64,000 nt of DNA from contig JBBIRR010000002.1 in assembly GCA_037441705.1 (NCBI GenBank), positions 1 to 64,000 on the forward strand, given 5' to 3'. Each line of letters begins with the position of its first letter. The stretch's first letter is position 1. The position numbers were made by a program, and so were the translations under genes. Below are positions 47,059-56,507 of this stretch, one piece after another. The notes beneath the pieces are model-generated. The model saw only the letters and a list, made by a program, of their open reading frames with translations. It was not told the DNA's origin and did no database searches. The stretch is from Ignavibacteriales bacterium. Lineage in GTDB: Bacteria; Bacteroidota; Ignavibacteria; UBA10030; UBA6906.

Positions 47059-47607
47059 ATGAAATTCTTCAAGAAGTCGAACGGAAAAGCTGAACCGGAA
47101 GCGCGTCCGGCAGATACAGGCCGTCGGTCGTTTCTTGAAAAGCTCGGCTTTGGAAGTTTGATCGCCGGGCTGGCGGGATTTGGCCTGCAGTCGTTCCGGT
47201 CGCTTATTCCCAACGTGTTGTATGAGCCGCCGATGAAATTCAAGGTTGGTCATCCGTCAACGCTGGCAGACGGCGTGACGTTTCTGGAAGACAAGCGGCT
47301 GTATCTTTTCAAAGAAGGAAAGTCGTTCTACGCGATCTCGGCAGCGTGCACACATCTCGGCTGTACCGTCAAGTACACCAAACTCAATCAGCCGAAACAA
47401 GTTGAGATAGATGGAGAAAAGAAAACCGTCCCGTTCGAATTTCACTGCCCGTGCCACGGCTCGAAGTTCTATTCGGACGGAACGAACTACGCGGGGCCTG
47501 CACCGAAACCGTTGCACTGGTACCGACTGGAAGTCGCTCCCGATGATGGCCAGTTGGTCGTGAACATGAGCGATGAAGTGGAGAGAAGTTTCCGATTGAC
47601 CGTTTGA
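47059..47607 (+). CDS. Rieske [2Fe-2S] subunit of a Rieske/cytochrome b complex
   Basis: Tat-like GRRSFL plus TM helix; CTHLGC and CPCHGS boxes; GPAPKPL. Confidence 0.93.
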   Translation: MKFFKKSNGKAEPEARPADTGRRSFLEKLGFGSLIAGLAGFGLQSFRSLIPNVLYEPPMKFKVGHPSTLADGVTFLEDKRLYLFKEGKSFYAISAACTHLGCTVKYTKLNQPKQVEIDGEKKTVPFEFHCPCHGSKFYSDGTNYAGPAPKPLHWYRLEVAPDDGQLVVNMSDEVERSFRLTV

Positions 47608-47637
47608 TGTGCAGTTACTTAAACGAAGGAACACACA

Positions 47638-48963
47638 ATGCAAATTGCTGAAGCGACAAAGCGAGTCTCCAACAAGCTTCTCTGGCCGTGGAAACCTTCC
47701 AGCGACAAAGAAGCCGGCGACGCGATCGTTAAGAACTTGCTCCTGCACTGGTTCCCGAACAAGGTGACGAAAGGAAGCCTGTCGTGGACCTATTCCTTCT
47801 ACCTTGGAACGATCTCGTTTGTTCTGTTCGTGATTCTCTCGCTCACGGGCGTCGTGCTCATGTTTCTTTACGTGCCGTCGGTGGAGCGCGCATACAGTTC
47901 GGTAAAGGACATCGAGTACGTGGTGTCCTTTGGCTGGTTGTTGCGGGGTATGCACCGCATCGCGGCACATCTGATGGTGGCGGTGGTTTTCCTGCACATG
48001 GTGCGTGTGTTTCTGACCGGCGCCTACAAGAACGGAAGCGCCGTCGGCGCGAACAGACCGCTCAACTGGATCATCGGCCTTGTGCTGCTCCTGGCGACGC
48101 TCCTTCTGTCCTTCACCGGCTACTTGCTGCCGTGGGATCAGTTAGCGTACTGGGCAATCACCGTCGGGACGAACATTGCCAGCGCCGCTCCGATCGTTGG
48201 CGAGTGGATTCGCTTCCTCCTACTCGGCGGCAATACCATTGATCAGGGAGCGCTGATTCGCTTTTATGTGCTGCACGTGTTCTTTCTTCCTGTGCTGGTT
48301 GTGTTTCTCTTCTCGTGGCACATGTGGCGTGTGAGGAAGGACGGTGGGCTCGCCATTGTTGATCACGAAGTCCTGACGCAGAAAGCGGAGAAGGCAGCCC
48401 CGGTGAAGTCGAAAACCTATTCACTTCTCGGCATCACCAACGGTACGACGGTGCATGTACAAAACACGATGGTGGACGAGGAAAAGAACTCCGTGCCCTC
48501 GACGCCCCATCTTACGCGACGCATCGGGCTTGTGAGTGCTGCAACGCTGGTTGTCGTTGTGCTGCTCACGCTCGTCTTTCGCGCGCCGCTCGAAGCTCCG
48601 GCAAACCCGGCGGTGACACCCAATCCGGCGAAAGCGCCGTGGTACTTCCTCTGGCTTCAGGAGATCGTCACGATTACGACGGTGAAGATCGGTTCGTTCA
48701 CCATCAACGGCGCGTTGATTGGCGGCATTCTTCTGCCGGGCGTGCTGTTCGTGCTTGCCGCATGGTGGCCGTATCGCGACAGGTCGAGCGTCAACAACGT
48801 CGGCGTGTGGTTTGCTGCTGAGCGCAAGCGACAGAATATGGTGTTCCTCGCTATCTGTCTGTTCGTCATTCTCTTCACCATCATCGGGACGTATTTGCGA
48901 GGGCCGTATTGGAACTTCTACTGGCCATGGGAAACGTGGCCCGAGATGCCGGTAAAATTCTGA
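47638..48963 (+). CDS. Cytochrome b (fused b6 + subunit IV type)
   Basis: TG..L..LYVPS, GWLLRGMH...LHMVRVF, FTGYLLPWDQ..YWA, RFYVLH...WH, Qo-like APWYF. Confidence 0.93.
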   Translation: MQIAEATKRVSNKLLWPWKPSSDKEAGDAIVKNLLLHWFPNKVTKGSLSWTYSFYLGTISFVLFVILSLTGVVLMFLYVPSVERAYSSVKDIEYVVSFGWLLRGMHRIAAHLMVAVVFLHMVRVFLTGAYKNGSAVGANRPLNWIIGLVLLLATLLLSFTGYLLPWDQLAYWAITVGTNIASAAPIVGEWIRFLLLGGNTIDQGALIRFYVLHVFFLPVLVVFLFSWHMWRVRKDGGLAIVDHEVLTQKAEKAAPVKSKTYSLLGITNGTTVHVQNTMVDEEKNSVPSTPHLTRRIGLVSAATLVVVVLLTLVFRAPLEAPANPAVTPNPAKAPWYFLWLQEIVTITTVKIGSFTINGALIGGILLPGVLFVLAAWWPYRDRSSVNNVGVWFAAERKRQNMVFLAICLFVILFTIIGTYLRGPYWNFYWPWETWPEMPVKF

Positions 48964-48983
48964 GAGGAGGAATGATGGAAGCG

Positions 48984-49546
48984 TTAGTGGACAACGAGTT
49001 GCTTCCTGGGGCCGTCGAGTGTGAACTTCAACCGATTGAGAATATCCAGACCGAGGTAGGCTGTGTCAGTCTCCGGGGCAACGCCTTCGATGTTTTCGAA
49101 GATCCACCCGTTGAGCTTGAGGTGAACAACATGGGCTTTGTAAAGCATTGTACGACCATCATCATCTGCGACGAGGACCTCGCTGAAAGCTCTCGTGCCC
49201 AGGTGTGGGATAAGAGTGCCGGAACGATCGACATATCGGCGCCAGTATCCACTCTGAATTTCACGCGGCGCTTGCGCCCGTGTATTGGAGAAATGATGTC
49301 GATAGGAAGAATTGGAGCCGGGCGGGTCGTGCGGGAGTAACCGTATTCTCGAAACATGCGATTCAGCAGTCCCGAACGGGTAGCGTCAACGCCGATTACC
49401 TGCTCGTTGTGGATCGCAATGTATTTGTCCCTGTACTTCCGTAGGAACTCTGCCTTATGCTGATGATAGTACCGACGGTTCCGTTCGGCAAGACGTTGAG
49501 CAGCTCGGTCCTGCATGCGGCGATTCCGTTTCGTTGTGGTCGGCAT
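48984..49546 (-). pseudogene. Frameshifted DUF5678-like + retropepsin-type aspartyl protease gene, antisense in the nos operon
   Basis: KYRDKYIAIHNEQVIG; VDTGAD; after a 1-nt shift near 49215 the frame continues ...AYLGLDILNRLKFTLDGPRKQLVVH* (TAA at 48984). Confidence 0.72.
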
Positions 49547-49610
49547 TGGTTCCTCGTCCTGTCCGCTTGAGAAAAACTATGTAATCTGAATCCAACTTGC
49601 AAGGATAGCC

Positions 49611-50840
49611 ATGGATCACAAATCAGTCAACGACAAACTCACGTTCGTGAAGCAGGACAGACTGCTGCTCAGCCTCGTGGGCATCGCCGTGTTTGTGCTG
49701 ATGGGCTTCGTCACCTACAACTACCTTACGCCGGCATGGCAAGATTATCAGGCGGAGTTCCGGGATTTGGTGGAGGAAAAGTTCGGGCCTGATCGTGCAG
49801 CGACTGTGCCGCGAGGGTTGCAGCAAGTGTATGTGAAGGAGTTGAACAGGATTGATCGCTGCGTCACCTGCCATCAGGGCGTGGAGTGGAAAGGGTTGGA
49901 GAATGCCCCTGAGCCGTTTCGCACTCATCGCAAAGAAATTCTGGAAAAGCATCCCATTGAAAAATTTGGATGCACGACGTGTCACGGCGGCCAGGGGTAT
50001 GCAACGGAGAGGCGTGATGCACACGGGTTGATCAAGGATTGGGAGGAGCCGCTGTTAGGTCGGGAGTTGGGGGAGTTTTATGTTATGAGCAACAAAAAGG
50101 CCCTCATGCAGATGAACTGCAACACCTGCCATCGGTACGACAAGTACACGAAAGGCGCGGAGTATATCAATCGCGCGAAGGAGTTGGTAACGCAGAAGGG
50201 ATGCCGCGCCTGCCATGTTATCAACGGACGTGGCGGCACGGTTGGGCCGGACCTGACATACGAAGGAATGAAGGCGCCCGAACAATTCAATTACGAGCGC
50301 ATCAAAGGCTTCCTTTCGGAATTCAGCTGGCAGGTGGCCCATCTGAAAAACCCGAAGGAACTTGTCCCGGAAACCGTCATGCCCAACTTCAATTTCTCCA
50401 GCGCGGATGCGCAGGCGCTCGCGATGTTGGTCATGAGCTGGAAGAAGGAACACATCCCCGTCGAGTACATCCCCGGCCACAACTTCCGGGACATCCCAAC
50501 GCCGGAGGAGAAGGAGAAAGAAGAACGGATGCTGAAGGGGCCGGGAGCCTTCTTCGTGAAAAAGAATTGCTTCGTGTGCCATTCCGTTTCGACTCTGGGC
50601 ATTGATGCCGCTGCGCAGATTGGCCCGGACCTCGCGCTCGCCGTCGAGGATGTGCAGTCGCGCTTCGGTCGTACACTCGACGATTTCCTGGCGAAGCCCA
50701 CGGGGACGATGGAGGTGGTCCTCTCGACGATGATTACCCTCACCCCCGAAGAACGCGCGGAAGCGATCAGCAAACTGCGGCATGCCTATGAGTTGTATCA
50801 GACACAGAAGAAAGAGCAACAGGTGGCCAAAGGGAAGTGA
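49611..50840 (+). CDS. Membrane-anchored pentaheme c-type cytochrome
   Basis: N-terminal TM helix; CVTCH, CTTCH, CNTCH, CRACH, CFVCH; GPDL and MPNF motifs. Confidence 0.9.
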   Translation: MDHKSVNDKLTFVKQDRLLLSLVGIAVFVLMGFVTYNYLTPAWQDYQAEFRDLVEEKFGPDRAATVPRGLQQVYVKELNRIDRCVTCHQGVEWKGLENAPEPFRTHRKEILEKHPIEKFGCTTCHGGQGYATERRDAHGLIKDWEEPLLGRELGEFYVMSNKKALMQMNCNTCHRYDKYTKGAEYINRAKELVTQKGCRACHVINGRGGTVGPDLTYEGMKAPEQFNYERIKGFLSEFSWQVAHLKNPKELVPETVMPNFNFSSADAQALAMLVMSWKKEHIPVEYIPGHNFRDIPTPEEKEKEERMLKGPGAFFVKKNCFVCHSVSTLGIDAAAQIGPDLALAVEDVQSRFGRTLDDFLAKPTGTMEVVLSTMITLTPEERAEAISKLRHAYELYQTQKKEQQVAKGK

Positions 50841-50928
50841 CATTCATAGATCACTATAACACCTACAATAAACCCCGGAGACACACAGACCGGGATCAAC
50901 CAACATAACACAGAAGGAGTCAACAACA

Positions 50929-52827
50929 ATGAAACGCACAGCTCTGGCGCTCGGAGTCGTTGCCGTGATCGCGGCAATGCTCATCGGATGCGGCGAAGAG
51001 AAGAAAGGCCGGGGGAACGGCGCTCGGTCGGATGTGCAGGAGGCCGCATTGAAGACCTACGTGGCGCCCGGCGATTTGGACAAGTACTATCTGTTCAAGT
51101 CGGGCGGGCACTCGGGTCAGGTGTATATTTATGGCGTCCCGTCTATGCGCCATATTGCGACCATTCCGGTTTTCACCCCGTACCCCGCGACGGGATATGG
51201 TTTCGATAAGGAGTCGAAGGAGATGTTGGGCGGCTACACGTGGGGCGACGCGCACCATCCGTCGCTGAGCGAAACCGACGGCAACTACGACGGCCGCTGG
51301 TTGTTCATCTCCGACAATGCCAACAACCGCATGGCACGCATTGACCTGCGCGAGTTCAAGACCAAGCAAATTCTTGGTCCTATCCCGAACGTGTCGGGCA
51401 ACCACTGCTCGTCCTTCGTGACGGAAAATACCGAGTACGTGCTTGCAGGTTCACGCTTCTCGATCCCTCTGCCGAAAGGAACGTATGCGAGCATACAGGA
51501 CTATGCGACGAAGTACAAGGGCGTCGTTGCCGGGATCGCTGTTGATCCGAAAACGGGCACGATGTCCTTAGGGTGGCAGGTGTTGATGCCGCCGTTCAAT
51601 TACGACCTGGGCGATGCCGGAAAGGGTCCCAGCAAGGAGTGGGGATTCTGGACATGCTACAACAGCGAGCGCGCCACGGGCAAGTTGGAAGTGACGTCGG
51701 CGCAGAAAGATCGTGACTATGTTGCCGCAGTCAATTGGGTTGCTGCCGAACGCGCCATCAAGGAAGGGAAGTTCAAGATGATCGGCGGCGTGAAGGTGAT
51801 TGATCCGAAAGATGTCGAGGGAGTCGTCTACCTTCTTCCTGCAGCCAAATCCCCGCACGGTGTTGATGTCAGTCCCGATGGCAAGTACATCGTTGCCAGC
51901 GGCAAGCTGCAGAGCATCACGACCGTCTTCAACATCGAGAAGATGTTGACGGCGATCCAGAAGAAAGACTTCGAGGGCAATGAAGACGGCATCCCGGTGC
52001 TCCGTTACGATGCCGTCAAAGATGCTGAAGTGAACGTCGGTCTCGGGCCGCTGCATACGCAGTTCGACGACAAGGGGAACGCGTACACCTCGTTGTTTGT
52101 CGAGAGTGCCGTTGCCAAGTGGAAGCTCGGCACATGGGAAGTGGTGGACAAGGTTCCCGTTTCCTACAATATCGGCCACCTGACGGCCTCCGAAGGCGAC
52201 ACGAAGAACCCCACGGGCGAGTATCTGGTTGCTCTCAACAAACTTTCGCACGGGCGTCATCTCAGCGTCGGGCCGTCGCAGCCGGAATCGTCGCAACTGA
52301 TTGACATCAGCGGTGAGAAGATGAACCTGCTGTACGATGCGTTCACCGAACCCGAACCTCACTACGCGCAGATGATCAAAGCCGACAAGCTGAAGCCGAT
52401 TGAAGTGTATCCCAAAGAAGAGAACAAGCATCCCAAAGCCATCTGGGATGTGAAGGACGCGAAGGTCACGCGCAGCGGAAAGAATGTCGAAGTGCTGATG
52501 GTCGCAGTCCGTTCAACACTTGAACCGACCGCGATCGAGGTGAACAAAGGCGACAAGGTGACCATCTATCTTACCAACATCGAACAGACAACGGACGAGC
52601 TGCACGGCTTCGGTCTCAACGAGTACAACATCAATGTCGTCGTTGACCCGGGCGAGACGAAGACGATCGAGTTCGTTGCCGACAAGGCTGGTGTGTTCCC
52701 GTACTATTGCACGAACTTCTGCTCGGCGCTGCATCAAGAAATGCAGGGCTATCTGTTGGTCAAGGGAGGTTCCGGTGTTGCATCAGCGAGCAAAACGCAA
52801 CATGGAAAGGCGTTAGCCAGAAACTGA
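50929..52827 (+). CDS. nosZ: Clade II (Sec-dependent) nitrous oxide reductase, lipoprotein-type signal, no C-terminal cytochrome c domain
   Basis: SGGHSGQ, DAHH, GNH, KSPHG, GPLH, IGH, EPH (CuZ ligands); HGF..CTNFCSALHQEM (CuA); signal LIGC, no twin-Arg. Confidence 0.97.
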   Translation: MKRTALALGVVAVIAAMLIGCGEEKKGRGNGARSDVQEAALKTYVAPGDLDKYYLFKSGGHSGQVYIYGVPSMRHIATIPVFTPYPATGYGFDKESKEMLGGYTWGDAHHPSLSETDGNYDGRWLFISDNANNRMARIDLREFKTKQILGPIPNVSGNHCSSFVTENTEYVLAGSRFSIPLPKGTYASIQDYATKYKGVVAGIAVDPKTGTMSLGWQVLMPPFNYDLGDAGKGPSKEWGFWTCYNSERATGKLEVTSAQKDRDYVAAVNWVAAERAIKEGKFKMIGGVKVIDPKDVEGVVYLLPAAKSPHGVDVSPDGKYIVASGKLQSITTVFNIEKMLTAIQKKDFEGNEDGIPVLRYDAVKDAEVNVGLGPLHTQFDDKGNAYTSLFVESAVAKWKLGTWEVVDKVPVSYNIGHLTASEGDTKNPTGEYLVALNKLSHGRHLSVGPSQPESSQLIDISGEKMNLLYDAFTEPEPHYAQMIKADKLKPIEVYPKEENKHPKAIWDVKDAKVTRSGKNVEVLMVAVRSTLEPTAIEVNKGDKVTIYLTNIEQTTDELHGFGLNEYNINVVVDPGETKTIEFVADKAGVFPYYCTNFCSALHQEMQGYLLVKGGSGVASASKTQHGKALARN

Positions 52828-52869
52828 CGTCGTGCGTGTTACCCTGTGTTTGTTGAATCATACCCTCAC

Positions 52870-52899
52870 CCGAATCCCTCCGGCAGCGGAGGGATTCGG
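52870..52899 (+). terminator. GC-rich stem-loop after nosZ (attenuator or mRNA-stabilising stem)
   Basis: CCGAATCCCTCCG-GCAG-CGGAGGGATTCGG, 13-bp perfect stem, no U-tract. Confidence 0.6.
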
Positions 52900-52926
52900 T
52901 GCGGGCGGTGAAAGGAAGGAAGCGTA

Positions 52927-53565
52927 ATGCAAAATCTCATAACGAAAGCAACGGCGTTCTTCGATACGCCGATTGATTTGCGCAGCCGCGTGCTGGTGCT
53001 GGTGGGTGCGTTGATTCTGTTGCCGACATTCTTCTACCCGCTCTGGACCATGACGCTCTACTCCAATCAGTTTCCGGACGGATTGGTGCTGAAGATTTAT
53101 TCGCACAAGCTGGAAGGCGGCAAGACGCCAAACCGCGATGACCTGAAAGAAATCAACGCGCTCAACCACTACATCGGCATGAAGCCGCTGAAGGAGGAAG
53201 ACTTCACCGAGTTCAAGTGGATTCCGTTCGTGATTGGGGGCGTGATGCTTCTCGCGCTGCGCGTGGTGGTGATGGGAAAGATGTCGTACCTGGTGGATCT
53301 GTTCGTCCTCTTCACGTACTTTGGACTGTTTTCGCTCTGGAGTTTCTATCACAAGCTGTACCTGTACGGCCACGACCTTGACCCGACTGCGGCGGTACGA
53401 GTGCCGCCCTTCACGCCTCCGATGTTCGGCCATTCCACGATGGCAAACTTCGAAGTGTACAGCTTTCCAGCGGCCGGTTCTTACTGTATGGCTTTGATGC
53501 CGTTGTTCCTGCTTGCTGCGATGTGGCTGTCGCGTCAGACGTGGCTGAAACAGAAGCGTTATTGA
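52927..53565 (+). CDS. nosB: Clade II nos membrane protein NosB
   Basis: PLW..L...QFPDGL, INALNHYIGMK, YGHDLDPTA, PPMFG...ANF; directly after nosZ. Confidence 0.85.
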   Translation: MQNLITKATAFFDTPIDLRSRVLVLVGALILLPTFFYPLWTMTLYSNQFPDGLVLKIYSHKLEGGKTPNRDDLKEINALNHYIGMKPLKEEDFTEFKWIPFVIGGVMLLALRVVVMGKMSYLVDLFVLFTYFGLFSLWSFYHKLYLYGHDLDPTAAVRVPPFTPPMFGHSTMANFEVYSFPAAGSYCMALMPLFLLAAMWLSRQTWLKQKRY

Positions 53566-53590
53566 ACAAGTCCTGCGTAATGTGGTGGTG

Positions 53591-54394
53591 ATGAGCATGA
53601 AACCGATCATACCTAAAGAGCATGGCGGTTGGGCTGTATTGTATGTGCCGATGCTTGTCGGTGCGGCAATTGCCGGCGAGGTAACGCTCGACGTGTTGTT
53701 GCTTGCCCTGTCCGGGTTGGGGATGTTTTTGAGCTACGCGCCCGTGCACATGATTCTCCGGCACCGGTATGTGCTGCCGCTTCCGAAGGATAAACTCAAG
53801 CAGGCGGTGCTCTGGAGTATTGTGTATCTGGGTTTCGGCATTGCGTTCATGGTTCCGCTGCTTCTGCGCGGGTACTGGCTCCTTCCCGTCATCGGCATTC
53901 CCGGGCTTGGAGCATTTTTCGGCAACTTCTTACTGACGCGGCGCGTGTCGAAAACCATTCCGAGCGACCTCGTTGCGGTGTTTGGTCTCTCGCTCGGTGC
54001 AGTATGTTCCCACTACGTCGTGACGGGTCGCATCACCGAGGAAGCGGTTATCGTCTGGTTGCTGAACCTGCTCTTCTTCTGGTGCAGCGTGTTCTACGTT
54101 CACATGAAGATTCGTGCGGCCTCCCACAAGGAGCCGGTCATTGCAATGTCGGAGCGCCTGTCGCTGGGGTCGCTGAACATTCTCTATCACATTGTGGTGG
54201 TAGCAATTGTCGTGGGATTGGCATTCTATCGCATGACGAGGTTGTACGTTGTGCTTGCGTTTGTGCCCATGCTGCTGCACGCACTGTATGGAACGTACAA
54301 GCTCTCACACAGGGTGAAATTTCAGCGGCTGGGACTTCTGCTGTTAGCGCAGTCTGTGCTGTTCGGTCTTGTGCTCTGGAGGGTGTGGGAATGA
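53591..54394 (+). CDS. YwiC-like membrane protein
   Basis: IPKEHGGWAVL N-terminal motif; multiple TM helices. Confidence 0.75.
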   Translation: MSMKPIIPKEHGGWAVLYVPMLVGAAIAGEVTLDVLLLALSGLGMFLSYAPVHMILRHRYVLPLPKDKLKQAVLWSIVYLGFGIAFMVPLLLRGYWLLPVIGIPGLGAFFGNFLLTRRVSKTIPSDLVAVFGLSLGAVCSHYVVTGRITEEAVIVWLLNLLFFWCSVFYVHMKIRAASHKEPVIAMSERLSLGSLNILYHIVVVAIVVGLAFYRMTRLYVVLAFVPMLLHALYGTYKLSHRVKFQRLGLLLLAQSVLFGLVLWRVWE

Positions 54395-55788
54395 ACGCAA
54401 AGACAACACTCTTGCTTGTCGTGTTTTGGTGCGGAATCGGTTCTCATGCCAGTCCGGCCTCTGAGAAGACCGGAGGGCGCGTCGAACCATCTGCATCTCT
54501 GCAAACGGCGGTTGATGCAGCGGCGCCGGGCGACACGCTGGTGATACAGCCGGGGACGTATGAGGGCAACATCATTCTGCGCAAGCGCCTGGTGCTGATC
54601 GGAACGCAGGCTCCAATTCTTCGAGGCGAGGGGAAAGGGAGCGTCGTTACGATCGAGGCCGACTCCTGCGTCGTGCGTGGATTCGTGGTGGAACGCTCAG
54701 GCTCCATGTTGGTGAATGAAGATGCTGGCATTCTCATCAAATCTTCTCATAATCTGATTGAGAGGAATTCGCTCCGCGATGTGTTGTTTGGCGTCTATCT
54801 GCTTCACGCTCACCACAACACTATTCGAGATAATGACATTGCCGGCAGGCGTCAACTTGATGTCGGCCAGCGCGGCGCCGGAATCCACGTCTGGAATTCT
54901 CTGCACAATCGGTTTGTCGGAAATGTCGTTACGGACACGCGGGACGGCTTCTACATCCAGAACGCCAACCACTCCCGCATCGAGCGCAACCGATGCTACA
55001 ACGTGCGCTACGGGCTGCACTACATGTATGCCGACTCGAATGTGTTCCTGCACAACACGTTCCACGATAATGTTGCCGGCGCGGCGATCATGTACTCCCG
55101 CGGCATTGTCATGCGCCACAACGTCTTCTCGCACAACCGGGGTTTCTCGTCGTTCGGCATTCTCTTTCAGGATTGTCATGATCTGATTGCTGACTCGAAC
55201 GTCATTACCGACAACGTCGTTGGGATGTTCTTTGAAGCATCAACGGACAACGTGTTCCGTCACAACGTGATTGCTCAGAACGATCTCGCGCTGCAGATGT
55301 TCCAGAACTCGATCAACAACATCTTCAGCGAGAATGTTCTTGTCGATAATCTCAGTCCGCTCGCCATTGTCGGGAAGCGAACCGAATCCCGCTGGAGCGT
55401 TGACGGCCGCGGCAACTACTGGAGTTCGTACGACGGGTACGATCTCGATGGCGACGGCATCGGCGATGTGCCGATGAGAATTCAGAATGTGTTTCATTAC
55501 CTCGAAGGGCAGAACGCCAACGTGCGTCTGTATTTGTACAGTCCCGCCTCGCAGGCCCTTGCTGCAGCGGCAAAAGCATTCCCCATCCTCATGATCAATG
55601 AAGAGGCGGACGAGCATCCGTTGATGCAGCCGTTTGACGCAGGAGCGCTTCCGGCCGTTCAGATGCTGCGCGCGATGCATTCGTCGAGGGACAGCGGAGA
55701 GCTCAGCAAGGGGTGGGTGGCATGGCCGCTCATGGGCCTGCTGGTCCTGGGGTTTCTCTATCATCGCATTGGAAGGAGATCCGCATGA
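54391..55788 (+). CDS. nosD: Nitrous oxide reductase maturation protein NosD
   Basis: LQTAVDAAAPGDTL, beta-helix repeats, RDGFY, RYGLHYMY, GNYWSSYDGYDLDGDGIGDVP; ATGA overlap with upstream gene. Confidence 0.95.
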   Translation: MNAKTTLLLVVFWCGIGSHASPASEKTGGRVEPSASLQTAVDAAAPGDTLVIQPGTYEGNIILRKRLVLIGTQAPILRGEGKGSVVTIEADSCVVRGFVVERSGSMLVNEDAGILIKSSHNLIERNSLRDVLFGVYLLHAHHNTIRDNDIAGRRQLDVGQRGAGIHVWNSLHNRFVGNVVTDTRDGFYIQNANHSRIERNRCYNVRYGLHYMYADSNVFLHNTFHDNVAGAAIMYSRGIVMRHNVFSHNRGFSSFGILFQDCHDLIADSNVITDNVVGMFFEASTDNVFRHNVIAQNDLALQMFQNSINNIFSENVLVDNLSPLAIVGKRTESRWSVDGRGNYWSSYDGYDLDGDGIGDVPMRIQNVFHYLEGQNANVRLYLYSPASQALAAAAKAFPILMINEEADEHPLMQPFDAGALPAVQMLRAMHSSRDSGELSKGWVAWPLMGLLVLGFLYHRIGRRSA

Positions 55789-56507
55789 TACAGGTGGAAC
55801 ATCTTATCAAGAAGTTTGGCAAATTCACGGCCGTGAATGACGTTTCATTCATCGTCAAGGAAGGAGAGGTGTTTGCCTTTTTGGGCCCGAACGGAAGCGG
55901 CAAGACGACGACGATGAAATCTCTCGTGGGGCTGAACGTGCCGACTTCAGGACGGATATTGATCAACAATGTCGATGTGCAGCGCTATCCGAAACAGACG
56001 AGGCAGTTCATGAGCTACCTTCCGCAGCGCGTGGTGTTTCCGGAGAACCAATCGGCGCGGGAGGTGATGCGCTTCTACTGTCGGTTACGCAAGCTGCCGC
56101 TCGCGCGGGCCGATGAGGCCCTCGAGCGTGCGGGCTTCAACGGCTTCGCCGACAAACCCGTCAGCGAGTTTTCGGGCGGGATGATTCAGCGTCTCGGTCT
56201 CGCCGTCGTCGCCCTGCCCGATGCGCCGATCCTGCTGCTCGACGAGCCGACCGCCAACCTCGACCCGCAAGGCGTGAAGCGCTTCCGGGAATTCATTCTT
56301 CACCAAAAAGAAAACGGCAAGACCATCATCTTCTCGACCCATCTGCTGCAAGAAGCCGAGCAGCTCGCCGACCGTGTCGGGATCTTTGTCGGCGGAAGAA
56401 TGGTCGCGGAAGAATCCATTGAGACCCTTCACAGGACGTATCTCGCAAGCAGAACAATGGAAGACATGTATTTACACTACGTGGGAGAACACACCGATGA
56501 ACGCTAA
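55785..56507 (+). CDS. nosF: ABC ATPase NosF
   Basis: GPNGSGKTT, FSGGMIQR, LLDEPTANLD, STH; between nosD and nosL. Confidence 0.88.
   Translation: MIQVEHLIKKFGKFTAVNDVSFIVKEGEVFAFLGPNGSGKTTTMKSLVGLNVPTSGRILINNVDVQRYPKQTRQFMSYLPQRVVFPENQSAREVMRFYCRLRKLPLARADEALERAGFNGFADKPVSEFSGGMIQRLGLAVVALPDAPILLLDEPTANLDPQGVKRFREFILHQKENGKTIIFSTHLLQEAEQLADRVGIFVGGRMVAEESIETLHRTYLASRTMEDMYLHYVGEHTDER

Noticed and set aside
48909-49340. Plus-strand 143-aa ORF with an apparent GAGGAGG RBS after cytochrome b
   Set aside because: It has no recognisable motif and is the antisense shadow of the retropepsin-like gene, which carries clear DTG and LGxDxL motifs
54004-54390. N-terminal extension of the 594-aa NosD ORF
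   Set aside because: It overlaps the YwiC-like gene; the real start is ATG 54391, with a GGAGG RBS and signal peptide
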